Part shown: piece by piece, positions 43,249 to 57,980 of the stretch
Layout: each line of letters starts with the position of its first letter
Numbering within the stretch: position 1 is the first letter of the stretch
NCBI RefSeq assembly: GCF_009914755.1
Contig: NC_060926.1
DNA length: 64,000 nucleotides
Source: the human T2T-CHM13v2.0 reference genome, Homo sapiens
Strand: one strand, 5' to 3'
Position numbers and translations under genes: made by a program
Notes under the pieces: generated by a model
Database searches by the model: none
The model's input: the letters and a program-made list of their open reading frames with translations, nothing else
What the model was told of the DNA's origin: nothing

Positions 43249-44207
43249 CCTTCATCATCCTTTTTCTACCGAGTTTACCTATCTTTTAAAGACCAATGTA
43301 AGTAGCTTATTTTCTTTATTAAGTTTTCTAAAATGATTCCAGAAAATCCATCATTTCCTTTTCCCTATTTCAACTGTAATCCCAGTAAAATACTATTATG
43401 TCAATCTTTATGTTAAGTAAAACCTATGCCAAGAAGATAAAGTGAAATGAAGTAAAATAGAAACAGTAAAATTCTGACCCAAATAGTCTTACATCTCTGC
43501 TTTAGTGTAATTCACCCCTCAAATTACTTAAGTGGCCCCACACTAGAAAATAGGAGCCCAAATTCTATGAAAAAATGAGAAAAAAGGTCCACAATATTTT
43601 CTCAGAAAATAGACATTAAATAGATATTATTTTATTTTACATTAATCAAAAGCCTACTCTACAGTTTGTGACAATAATCCACTAATAGAAAGAGAAAAGG
43701 AAGAAAAAGAAAAGGCTATTTTACTTTACAAATCTCTTATACACTCCTTGAAATCCCAGTGAAAAATGTTTTAATCATTTTTGAATCCCTCGGAATCTGG
43801 CAGTATCTAAGAGAATAAACATTTAATTGATATTTCTTGAATACATGAGAGCAAAATAAATTATCTTTGTATTATCACTACTCATGTATACACTGGATAT
43901 TTTACCAGCTTAGCATTAGCCAGCAAAGCCCTTGAATTTTTACAAGTCTGAGTTTAAATTTTTGAAATGACTACAATATGCCTCTGCAGAATTAGCAAAT
44001 AATTCAAATGCATTTAATTTTCCAAATTAAAAAGCAAAGACTCCTCCTTTCTTCCACCTATATCTAAAATACCTTTATATAGCCAAACAATATAACAATA
44101 AAACACAGCTTGCTTTCCTTAAGATAATGTTGATGTTTTAATATAGTAAATAGCTGTATTTTAAGAAATTCAACCTAACCCCTATAAAAATACAACTTTG
44201 GTCTTAC

Positions 44208-44272
44208 CGTGATAAATATCCTGTAAAGAACCACCTCCACAAAACTCCATGCAAATCCAAAGCTTATCTCGC
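44208..44272 (-). CDS. MAP4K3: MAP4K3 exon ~4 (65 nt): [21 protein letters not shown]; hinge
   Basis: acceptor ctctttatag, donor ACG|gtaaga; phase fits neighbours. Confidence 0.96.
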
Positions 44273-45084
44273 CTATAAAGAGAAAAGAAGCATGTATCAT
44301 ATTTTCATGATTAAAACTGTCTGTGTGAGGTAACAAGTATTTTAAGGTTGTAAGCTGTAACACTGAAAAACAACAAATGCAATGTGTTATCTTTAAAATA
44401 ACTAATTAATCTTTATGAGTAATGAATTACTTAATATAATGTGTTACTATAATCCAACCTGAGGTTTTAAACTTATAATACACCATTTGTTGGATATAAA
44501 GCTGTTATCAGGCACATCCAAATAATGAAAATACTTCCCTTTAGTTAAAAACTTCTCCTCCCCAAAAGTTTATACATCTACCCAGATTCTTCACAGACAA
44601 ATGGCAATAAATCTCAAAGTATACTACTTTGATAGCACTCTCATCAACAAAACAGGCAAAATATAAATGTTAGCTTCATATCTAGATTCAACAGTGATTT
44701 TCCCAAAACAGTCTTAAAATTTATCACTCACTTCTCTTTAGATAGCACTTCTCTCTCATACTCAAATTATAAGCTGTTGTAATCATATAGTCATAGGAGA
44801 AATAATCAGCTGTGATTTATATAGGTCATTCCTTTGTTCAGTCATTCATTATTTAATCTCTTAAAAATGTACCAGGAAATGTACCATTCATGGTACAGAG
44901 ATGGGACAGAAAATCCCTGAACTCAGCAAGCTCTAATGCAGAAGAAAGATTCTACCTTAATATATGTCTGTCTCTCTCACCACTGCCTTCTTAGTGTCTA
45001 GAAGAATATCCAGCAAATAATATTTGTTCCATAAATGAATGATTGCATGAGTGACTGAAAGAATAAACATATCGAATTAGATTG

Positions 45085-45450
45085 AGGTCAGGAAAATATG
45101 GCCAGCGGACCAAATCTAGCCTGCTGCCTGATTTTGTACACCTCTGCAACTATGAATCGTTTTCCTATTTTAAAATGGCTGGGAATGGTTGTTACTTGTA
45201 ACTACAATTAATAAATAAAATGGTTGAGAAAATAACAAAAATATTTCTTGACATATGATGATTGTATGAAATTCAAATTTTAGTGCCAATAAATAGTTTC
45301 ATTGGAACACAGTCATACTCATTTATTTCTATACTGTATGGCTGCTTTCACGCTAGAACAGAAGAGCTTAGTCGTGGTGACAGAGACCATGTAGCCCACA
45401 AAGCCTAAAATATTTACTATGTATCCCTTTATAGAAAAAGTCTGCTCACT
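45085..45450. mobile_element. MER58-type hAT-Charlie
   Basis: ccaaatctagcctgctgcctg...ttcattggaacacagtca...cccacaaagcctaaaatatttactat. Confidence 0.8.
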
Positions 45451-45910
45451 TGGGTTAGATCATAATTTGATTAATGCATAATCCAGGCATGTATAAAGTA
45501 CTGTGGGAACCCAGAGATGAAAATACCTAGGAAAATGAATGGAAAGTTTTAGGGAGGAGAAAACATTTAAATTGGGTCTTGAAATTAAAGTAGAAATTTA
45601 CCAGGGAGAGACAGGAAAGGGACCTGTGCAAAAGAATGAAAACTTGAAAGAAATGCACATGTGGGAGACTGTGGGTGATTTAGTGGGAGTTGAAGAAAGA
45701 CTGCCTGAAGAGACAGTAGCAGGAAATAAACCCAGAATAGGCTGGGTCACACTGTGAAACAATCCTATGTTTACTAGCTTCTCAGTTTAGTTACCTTCCT
45801 GTAGATAATCTCTAGTCAGTCCTTGTGTCTCTTAAAATGTGGCACCCAAAAAATCAAGTACTAAGATTCTGAGTGTTACATGAACAATACATTAAAAAGT
45901 GGAGATGCTG

Positions 45911-46252
45911 AGCCAGGCCCAGTGGCTCACACCTGTAATCTCAGTAACACAGGAGTCTGAGGGAAGAGGATTTCTTGAGGCCAACAGTTTGAGACCAGCC
46001 TGGGCAACACAGTGAGACTCTCATCTCTTAAAAAACAAACAAAAAAAGTTAGCCAGGAGAAGTGGTGCATACCTGTAGTCTCACCTACTCAGGAGGCTGA
46101 GGCAGGGTGCAGGGGGTCGGGGGGAAGGTGCAGGGCGGGGCGGGGCGTATTATTTGAGCCCAGGAGTTCGAAGTTATAGTGATCTATGATAGTGCTACCA
46201 CACTCTGGCCTGGGTGACAGACCGAGATCTGAATCTTAAAGAAAACAAAAAA
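45911..46252 (+). mobile_element. AluJ with G-rich insertion
   Basis: TSD aaaagYRgagatgct. Confidence 0.88.
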
Positions 46253-46457
46253 GCAGAGATGCTTTTATCAGCCATAGGTCACATATGGTTGGGTAGTAGC
46301 AGAATTAGCTGGACCTAAGAGGTGAGCTGACTTGACCGTAGTGGACAAGGTAGCATACAAAAAGAAAGCACAAGCTATCAGAGCGCAAAGGTCAACCAAC
46401 TTAAGAGTATGAAGTAGCAAGGTATCATGATTCTAGAAAATAATGCTAAAAAGAGTG

Positions 46458-46824
<367 letters not shown>

Positions 46825-47795
46825 TCACATAACAATGAAATTGAAGCATACAGCTGATATAAAAATTTGTTTTAATTTCTAATATGGTAAATACCAATAG
46901 CTATAAATTATATAAATATGTGCCAGCTGCCCAGTGGCCTGGTATTAAGAACTTTCAGAATGGATGTCTGAGACTGGCAGATGTGTGGTCTTTCTAATCC
47001 CCCAGAGAATGTAACCACTATCTCCTTTATTTGATCACTGTATTTCTATTAAGTTAGCTGAAAGCTATCGTTAACTTCTCAGCAACTACATTAAACTGCT
47101 AGTTTACTGTTTGTAGTTAATCAAAACCTCTGGATCTTTATAAAACAAAAGGCAGACCAGTTCTCTCTCCAGCTTCATATTTGTCTACCTGGTTCAATGA
47201 AACTAAGCATAGGACTTTTTTCTTATTTGTTAAATCTTATACTTAAAAAAAAATAGTAGTTTTGATTCATTTCCCTTTGTTTTTGACAGGTGTCTTATTA
47301 GCTCTCCCAGCATATCACTTTAAAATGCTTCGGCAAAGAAAGCATCACACACATTGCATTAGGTTTAATCCACACCCTTGGGGCAGTGAGCTAACTTTTT
47401 AAAGTATCCTAATTGGAAATACACCTCTCCACTCCTGCTCCCAACCCCCACAATCCAGAAGCAGTTGGTTAGCATCTGAACGAACCTAAATCAGGAGTCC
47501 ACCCTCCAGAAGCAGCAATTGTAAGAACTTGGCTTATAAACTATTTTAATCTGCACTAGTGGGTTTACTAATGAGCTTAAGTAATATTACAAATATTTTA
47601 AAACATGAAAGACACTCTATGTAGATTACTTAGAATTACCATTTGGCACTTCTCTGCCTCTGCCTGAGATATAAAGGCTCTGGCAAGTCAACAATATTTG
47701 GAATGCTGCTTAGGCTCCAATTTGGATATATCTAGAATGCAGGATTCCATAACCTGATCTCTATAGGTTAGTTGAATCCTTCCTCTAAAAGAGTG

Positions 47796-48167
47796 AGTGG
47801 TTCTCAAAGTGTGATCTGGAGGTCCCATGAGAGTCCCTGAGACATTTTCAGAGGGCCACCAAGGTCAAAACCATTTTAATAACACTAAGAAATTATCTGC
47901 TCTTTACATTCTCTTTCTCTCATGAGAGTACAATGGAGTTTTCCAGAGACTACATGAAGTGTGAAAATGATGTCATCCCTGACAGCTACTGGAATACGAG
48001 CTTATGTTGTATTCTTGAGTTTTAAAAATGTCTCAGCTTTAATTTCTAATATGGTAAATATCAATAGATATAATTCATATAAAACAAAAGCTCTCTTGCG
48101 GTACTCAGCAATTTTTAAGAGTATAAAATAAAGGGGTTCTATTACCAAAATGTTTTGAGAACCATAG
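47796..48167. mobile_element. Charlie1-family hAT deletion derivative
   Basis: agtggttctcaaa / tttgagaaccat TIRs; ctctaaaa near both flanks. Confidence 0.75.
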
Positions 48168-50439
48168 CTCTAAAATATCTTCACATCTGCCACAAGTGAA
48201 TCTTTCATGTTAAATGCCAGCCTAGAGTTCTTAAGATGCAAGCAACTAGGACTTCACACAGCTTACAAAAAACAGGTTGAATGACTGTTCTGGGGTCTGC
48301 TTAGAATTAACAGAATAACATGTAAACTGCTTAGTAAAGGACCTGGAATATAGCACAATAAATGTAAGTTGTTTTCTACTCCTTTTGTTATAATTTATAT
48401 TGTAGTGTACAAGTCATCTTAATTTAAGTGTAGTGTAACTTAAATTAACTTGTAGTGTAGTGTAGTATAACTTAAATTAACTTGTAAATTAACTTAAAGA
48501 TGTTTAAGTCATCTTAAATTGCTCCTGGAACTCGGTGAAACTATAAATAAATAAATAAATTTTTTTCTTTTTTAAGGAAAAAAGAGAGATGGGATTGATC
48601 AGGCATATATTCTTACTAAAGTCATGTTAATCACAACTTCTTTCTTATAAGTGGTCATTAATTGTCTGATTAGAAATTTATCCTAGAGCTTTGCTAGTGA
48701 TCAATGAGTGATATCAACTTTAATAGTCTGTATTTTCTGGAAACCAACTTCTCCCTTCATTTACAAACTGTTCATTGTTGATCTCTAATCTCTGATACCT
48801 CTTCTGTTTGTCAATACTCATTGATAATGGACTACCATCACATTTGCTGAACTTTCAATATGAGATATAATTTACATAAATCTAAAAGTTTCTAAAAATT
48901 TAAGGTGTCTAGCTGCTCTATAATTATCTACTCACCATCTTGTGTTTCAATTCCATCTTAATAGTGTTTTTCCTACCCCTTCCAGTTTGAAAACAATTTT
49001 CCTTGCTAGAGAAAATGAATGCAGGAAATGAGTTCTCGCTTTTTATATATTTCATTATGACACTACCTTCTACTTGAAGTTGGTCTATTCTCTTTTCTTC
49101 CTTTGCTTAAATATACAATTTTCTATTCATCCTATGTAAAATGACTTTCCAGCTTATAGGCAGAAAAAAAAATCACGACTATATAGTAATACTTTACTTT
49201 TTAAGATGCCTAAAATACTTTACTTTTATAATATTCTATTTAGTTAAAGTCTAGTATTATCCAAAAGCTTGAGTAGTCATAGTCTATTAGAGAAATGACT
49301 TTCATCTGTCCCATGAATATCTTTCTTATAATGACAAATCTACATTTGCTTTTGGTCATTCACTAAGCCATATGCCTAATAGGAAAGGACTTCAGTCAAT
49401 CAGCCCATTTTATGCAGGTCAATTATAAAATCTTTGTCCCTAGGTATCTGAATTGAAATAAAATTAACCACTGAAGTAAATATTCAATGTATCAGTATTA
49501 ACATCCTGATTCAACAAATCCTCAGAATTCTTTTTTCTCATTTTGTAAAATTATTTATCTTATAAGAAACAGAAAATTAAGTAGAGGGGGAAAAGTTAAC
49601 TATTTTGATGTCTACCAGAGCATACAGGGACCAAAATTCTAATAGCTATTTTATGGTTCTGAAATTCTTATAATTCCTAAAACACACTTTTTAATCTTCC
49701 CACATTTTGTAACACATCACAGACTTAAAACTGACCAAACTAAGTATAATTATTTATATATTTTTCTCAAATATAGCATAATTTAAACAGCAAAATAAAA
49801 TGTGACCAAGACTACTGAGGATCAGCAACTCTCTAATATCTGCCTGAAGTTGGCATACGGAGTCTTCCTCCCTGGGAGAGGATGGCTAGCTATCCTGTAC
49901 ACTGCAGTCCCCTGATTCCTGTACTGTACTGTGAGTTGTTGTCTTGCTGACCAAAGCAATGGCTATTCCACTATATTCAGCAAAATAATTCAACCTTAAT
50001 CATCAATGAGAAAAACAAAGTTTAGTAACTGCTAGATGTTTTAATATAAATAACTTATTTAACGTGAAGAAAATTTTTAAACTTTTTTGGTTGATTTAAA
50101 AATTACTAATAAGGAAAAATAATTGCATTCCAAATTTATTTATAGGTAACCTATACCATCTGCTTTCCCTTTAATAAGGAGGGGTAAGGATGCTGTACTC
50201 AGGGGGATACAAGCTGATCTATTTCTCTATAATTATACCTAATAATCCCCCAGTGTTCAGCATAATATTTCCAAAGGGTGGGCCACTGAACATCAATCCT
50301 ACATGAAGTATGCTTCCAGAAAGAAACCACCGTATAGTTAAATCAGTTTTTAAAAATATCACATAGTCTTTTCTTGAAAATTAGCAAGGCCACTGGTATA
50401 TTAAAGGCTCTGAGAAATCCTGTAGTGAGAAGGCGGTTG

Positions 50440-50612
50440 GAGAGACAGAGGAGGGAGAAGGGAAGAGAAGGGAGAAGTAACAAAATGGAAGGATGAAGGG
50501 TACCAGAAAGAAGATAAAGTGGGAAGAGGTGGAGGAAGCGAAAAAAGAGGAGAAGGGGGATGGGAAAAGTTGAGAGGGGGAGGAGATGGAGGAGAAAGAA
50601 AAAGAAGAAATA
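50440..50612. repeat. GA-rich polypurine tract
   Basis: about 170 nt of mostly G/A. Confidence 0.85.
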
Positions 50613-50786
50613 AAACTTCTAATTCTGTTTAATTTACTATTTACCCAGATTATTTTTTCAATACACCCATTTTTTTACAAAATACATATTTGTATCCCTC
50701 AGAACTAATGATCTATAGAAAATATCCTAGCAATACTGGTAAAGGAACGTATCTGTAACTTCACCAAAGTTTTTTTGCTTAGAGTA

Positions 50787-51003
50787 GTAGTTCTTAACTG
50801 GGAGTGACTGTGTCCCCCAAGGAACATTTGGCAAAGCCTGGATACATTTTTGGTTGTCACAACTAGGGGAAAGGGTGCTACTGGTAACTAACAGAGGACA
50901 GGGGTACTAATATTAACAACTATCTTACAATGCGCAGGACTATCTCCCACAACAAAAAAGTATCTGGCCTTAAGTGTTGATAATGCCAAAGGTGAGAAAC
51001 CCT
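50787..51003. mobile_element. MER20
   Basis: tagttcttaactggg...acatttggcaaagcctgg...ggtgagaaaccctg. Confidence 0.8.
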
Positions 51004-51672
51004 GGCTTAAACAAATAACAAATTAACATCAACTTTCAGATATATTCCTAATTCCTCTCAAAAACAGAAAAGAGAAAGACATGAACAGAAAACTGATAAA
51101 ATCCAAATAAGTATACTGAGTTTAGCTAATAGTATCGCACCAATGTTAATATCGTAGTTGTGAAAAGTGTGCCATGGCTGCGTTAAGATGTAAACATCAG
51201 AGAAAGCTGAGTGAAGGAAATACAGAGAACTCTGTACTATTTGCAACTTTTCGTAAATGTAAAATATTCCTAAACTAGAAAGTTCCCTTTTTTAAAAGCA
51301 AGAGTAGCTGGGTATAAAGTGACTTAACTGTAATCTTTATTCTCATATTCTAAGTATTCAAAAAGATATTCATAAATGTATTTCGAGTTAAGATCCAGTT
51401 GTTTCCCTTCTTAGCACTGTCTCTGGCTCTAGAAAAAATTTTTTCCCAGTTTTATATAACTCAAGAGACCAACATCTCTTTCCTGGATTACTGTAATAAA
51501 TACACCATAATTAGTTTAACTAAATTGCCTCTTTTAATCCCCTCCACCCTAGGTCCATCCTCCACAGAATATACTAACTCTGTTAAAATCTTTCAGCAAG
51601 TATGCTCAGTCCCTTAGGTCCTAATTAAGGGATAAAAGATTCATTTTTGCCCATATCTCCACAATCTTATCT

Positions 51673-52000
51673 ACTCCAACTACACGTGGCCCTCTGGAAG
51701 CCACAGGTCCAGCACCTGTGGGGTTCAACCAATCGCAGGTTCACCTAACCGGAGACTGAAAATTTTCAGAGGGGAAAAAATAAAAATAATACAACAATAA
51801 AAATAACACAAATTAATAAAGTATTACACTATTTACATAGCATTTACACTGTGTTAGGTATCATATGTCACCTAGAGATAATTTTAAACTGGAGGATGTG
51901 CATAGCTATGCCACTTTATATAAGGGACTTGAGCATTCATGGGTTTTGGTATCCACTGGGGTTCCGGAACCAATCTCTGCACATACTGAGAAGTAACTAT
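51673..52000. mobile_element. Tigger4/MER46-type element
   Basis: ctatttacatagcatttacac...tatataagggacttgagcat...ggaaccaatc. Confidence 0.75.
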
Positions 52001-52470
52001 GTACCCCCTTTTCCCTCTCAGGCTCTAATGTGAGACCAGTAGCTGTCTCCTGAATATGTCACAGTTTTTCATGCATGTGTTCCCTTTGCCAAAAATTCCA
52101 ATTTTCTATACACATAAATATCTACCAATCTTTTAACACCCAATATTTGGGAATTACATCATTCACAGAGCTTTCTCTGATTCCCCTACATTGACAAAAA
52201 TCAGAGAGTCTATCATCCTTAGCACTTCTGTGCCTTACTTCTAAATTATTACTGCATCTAGCATATTATGTTACGATTATTTGCTCATGCCTACTTCTCC
52301 TGTTAGATTATAAGCTCCTTAAAGGGAAGGATTAGGTTTTAGATATCTTCGTATCTGTGGAAATCAACACTGCACTCTACATGCTAAGAAATAATGTATA
52401 AACACTTTGTAAATGGTGGTGATTTACTTATTTAAGTTGTTATGAGGTAAAGTATGCTCATCTAAACTAG

Positions 52471-52795
<325 letters not shown>

Positions 52796-52879
52796 CAAAA
52801 GTTTAAAATATCTATTCTAAATAGTTTTTACTGTATGGATCAAATCTTCTACTGGCTTATTGTTTAAGGAGCATTTGTT

Positions 52880-53138
<259 letters not shown>

Positions 53139-54551
53139 TTATTGTTTTTCCCCCTAAGCTTTATTGAGTTCAAGCTTGAGAGGAATGTCTCCATTTTCTT
53201 AACTTATTCTTAAGTGATATGCTGGGCTAAGGAATGCTTAGAAGGAACCTGAAATTAATTTAAACTCATCTTTAGTTTAAAAGAAGTAATAGTTAAGCTC
53301 CAAAAGAATTGTAAAGAATAAGTCTATAATGATTTAATTCTGTTGTTTTATAAATACACAAACATATATATTCAGATACAAATACATACCAAACCGGGAC
53401 TATTTAAAATTTTTAAATGTTAATGCTTTGTCTATCTACTTTTATTGTAGGTATATTAATGATATTGAACAGTGGAGTAGGAAAGGTCTTGTTAAGAAGA
53501 ATGCCAGGTATTCTGCTTTATAGAAGCTCAGTTTCAGTATTTCTTCATAAGCGAGCACAGCTACCCTGATATAAAATGGACTTCTGAAACTTAATTATAT
53601 GCTAGTCATCTACTAAGAAAATTCATAGGGTAAATCTGATTCTCTGAGGGGGAAATTTATCAATGGTCAAACTACATTTGCTCAGTTTTCTTAACTTTTT
53701 GTCTAAATTTGTTATACAGGTTGTAATAGCAACAACATAGAAGGAAGAATGTTGCAATGAACAGTATATATTTTACGGGGTTTCTATCAAGTTCAAACAA
53801 GATCCTCCTTTGTAAAGTCATTCAGTAATGAGAAAGAATTCAAGAAATCACGTTCCCTCTGAGACTAAATCTGGCCTTTCTGGGCTAAGCAATACAGTAT
53901 GCCAAAAAAGACATCAGACTAGCTACTTGTAAAGCCAGGATTAAATCCCAGTGCCACTAATGAGACGTTGGATAGACTAAGTAAGTCATTTATACCCCAC
54001 TTCATTTTCTCATCTATAACCAAGAATGGGCTATATGACAACATCTCTTAGCCCCTTACAACTCTAACATCCTACAAGTCTAATCATTAGGATTCCCTAC
54101 TCCAACCTTGGCTGAGCCTGAACTTCAATTAGGGAATAAGGGAAGAATCTCTACAGAAGAAAAGAGCAAGAGAGAGATAAAATTAATTGCTATCCTACAT
54201 TATACTACCATTTACCTTCAAATCACTTTGATCAGCTATACCCATTTACAGAATAAAATAATATATTTAAATCAGTGTTTCTTAATATTAGATTGTACAA
54301 CACTAAAAAGAACATAGTTTTACTGAAAAAAATGATCCTACTTTTGTCTGTTTTACTTTGGTTTCTGGGTAATTTTGCTTTTTGTATTTGGAATGAAGCA
54401 AAATCATAAAATAAAAAACTTAGATGTTAAATTCTCTCAAGAATCTTATTTGTAAAATGGAAATAATTTCTACCACAGCTATACTGCTATCCAGGTTGCT
54501 GAAAGACCAAATGAGGCACTAAAATAATGATACTTTTAAAAAGTTAAGAAG

Positions 54552-54561
54552 TAGTAGTAGT

Positions 54562-54593
<32 letters not shown>

Positions 54594-54612
54594 TAGTAGT
54601 AGTAGCAGCGGC
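54552..54612. repeat. Compound (TAG)4(CAG)9CAA(TAG)4 trinucleotide repeat
   Basis: direct read; pure CAG run 54564-54590. Confidence 0.95.
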
Positions 54613-54835
54613 AAATACCTATTGAGCATTTATTACATTCTAAGCACTGTTCTTAGTATTTCACACGTAGTTACCCAGGAAGTACTCACACCTATCCTGT
54701 CATGTAGATATTATTATCATCTGTTTTATAGATGAGGAAACAGAGGCACAAACTGGTTAAATAATTGATTAATAAGTGATAGAACCAGGTCTCAGACCAG
54801 ACAATCTGTCTCCAGAACTTAACCTCTTAACTACC
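54613..54835 (-). mobile_element. MIR
   Basis: attgagcatttattac...ttttatagatgaggaaacagaggcac. Confidence 0.8.
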
Positions 54836-54933
54836 AAAGATACGATTTGTCTCTGGCAAAAAGATCATGCTCATTTTACCATACCAAGGGTGCCACATAA
54901 ATGAGTGGGGTTATCCTGGAATAACAGGTTAGC

Positions 54934-55570
<637 letters not shown>

Positions 55571-55787
55571 TTACAACCATGAACAGCAGGTCCAGTTGGT
55601 TTTTCAAAAGCTAGAAAGATGACAGGGCAGAATACCCTAGTCTTTTCTGTTGTGCCCAAAAGAGAAGAGAAAAAGTGTTTTGTACCTGGATCATATGAAA
55701 ATGGGAACCTGCAATAAGTTACAGTATGTTGGATGTTGCTAAAGTATGCTGAAGAAAAACTGAAGAGTTTTTTTAATACATAGGGAA

Positions 55788-56385
<598 letters not shown>

Positions 56386-57073
56386 TAGTAAAATATTCTC
56401 TAATCTTCCCTTGGAGGAAGCTTAAAAACAACTAGGTCACCAGTGATCAACTCACAGCTGCATGTAGAAGTGAATGGAAAACAAGATTTGACCCTAAGGT
56501 GATCGCCTATGCAATATAACCTAAGAACCTGGCTTGGGTCTGGCTACCAAAACAAAGTAAGAGAAAGGAAATTCACAGTCCTAAGTTCACTTTAGGACCT
56601 GGAAAAATAAGTTACTGAGATGATTATAGTTCCTAGTTCTTTGGATACAATGAAGGAAAGGGATAAAGTAATATAGTACTCTTAGACCAGAAGCACAAAA
56701 TTAAAAAAAAGTTTTTGATAAACACATAGCTGGAAGAGATGCTCCTGACTCTACACTGACCTAAGTCCAGAAGAAAGGGGCAAGAGAATGGCATATTTAG
56801 ATCGCTAGTCCACCACTGGAAGACTAACCGTAAGGTTTTTACTTGCCAGCATTTTCACTAAAAGCACATCTAGAATTCCCAAGTCATACGACTGCAATAT
56901 TGGTTACAGAATTAACATAGGTCCTAAGTAAAAATTCCATTGGTATGAAAATATCCTATCTTCAAAGCATGAAGAAAAACTACAAAACATGGTATTAAAA
57001 CTAACTTTATTTTGTTTAATGCATTAGGTGATGAAATCATTATTGCTTTTCAAAAGGGAAACAAACAGTATAC

Positions 57074-57164
57074 CTGAGATAGCTTCCAAAATAAGCAACA
57101 ATATTTGGGTGTTTACAGTCTTTCATCATGATAATTTCTTGCTGCACAACTGCAAAGTCTTCTC
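57074..57164 (-). CDS. MAP4K3: MAP4K3 exon ~3 (91 nt): (G)EDFAVVQQEIIMMKDCKHPNIVAYFGSYL(R); alphaC helix
   Basis: acceptor ttttttattccag, donor CAG|gtatac; open frame. Confidence 0.96.
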
Positions 57165-57344
57165 CTGGAATAAAAAACAAGCATGTTGAATATTTAGAGG
57201 TAAGTTTCAAAATGCTCATTTATTTCAAAACACAATAAAATAATTATACGTATTAATAAGTATAACATAATTAATGAGTTATAAATAAAACATAGCCAAT
57301 AAGTTAATGGTATTACTTTTAATGACAATTTCAGTCCTGACTTG

Positions 57345-57605
57345 AGAGAAAATATAGCATAGTGCTTAAAAGCATGAACTCTGGTCCCAGACTTTCTGGA
57401 TTAAAATCCTAACTCTGTTCCACACTAAGCGGTGTGAGTTTGGGTAAATTATTTGACTTCTCTGTGCCAATTCCATCCTCAGTAAAATAATAATAGCCTA
57501 TCTCATAGGAATGTTGTAAGGGTTAAATGAACCAATACATGTAAAATGCTTAGAACAGTGCCTGGCATGGAGTATGCTTTATACAAGTATTTGCTATTAT
57601 TATTA
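57345..57605 (+). mobile_element. MIR
   Basis: tagcatagtgcttaaaagcatg...aaaatgcttagaacagtgcctggca. Confidence 0.85.
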
Positions 57606-57810
57606 TGCCTTGGACATAATCATCGGTATAATCCATCAATAGGAAATGTAAATTACTTTTTCCTTTATTTCCAAGTAACATTTAATATAATTTTAGCACA
57701 AAGAAGTAATTCTTTTCTAAGTTAGGGCAGGAACCCTTATACACCAAGTGTGTCAAATTTATCTCCACAGGCTGTTTGTAGAGCTGAGAGGCCTACACTC
57801 AAGCAGTACT

Positions 57811-57980
57811 GGATTACCAGATGGCCCACATTCACAGGCTTATCCTGTATTTGAGTGCCTTGTTCCAACTGTGTTATAATGCAGAATGGGACTGTATTTT
57901 AGCCTGGTCAGACTATTAGCAAATAATCTCTCTCCTACTGCCTCCTTGTCCAAATTCTCTAAAATAAGATCTGGCAATCC
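57811..57980. mobile_element. Putative hAT MITE (MER53/Blackjack-like termini)
   Basis: imperfect TIRs ggattaccagat / atctggcaatcc. Confidence 0.4.

Noticed and set aside
44175-44363. 62-aa minus-strand ORF overlapping exon 4
   Set aside because: Different frame from the true exon; incidental
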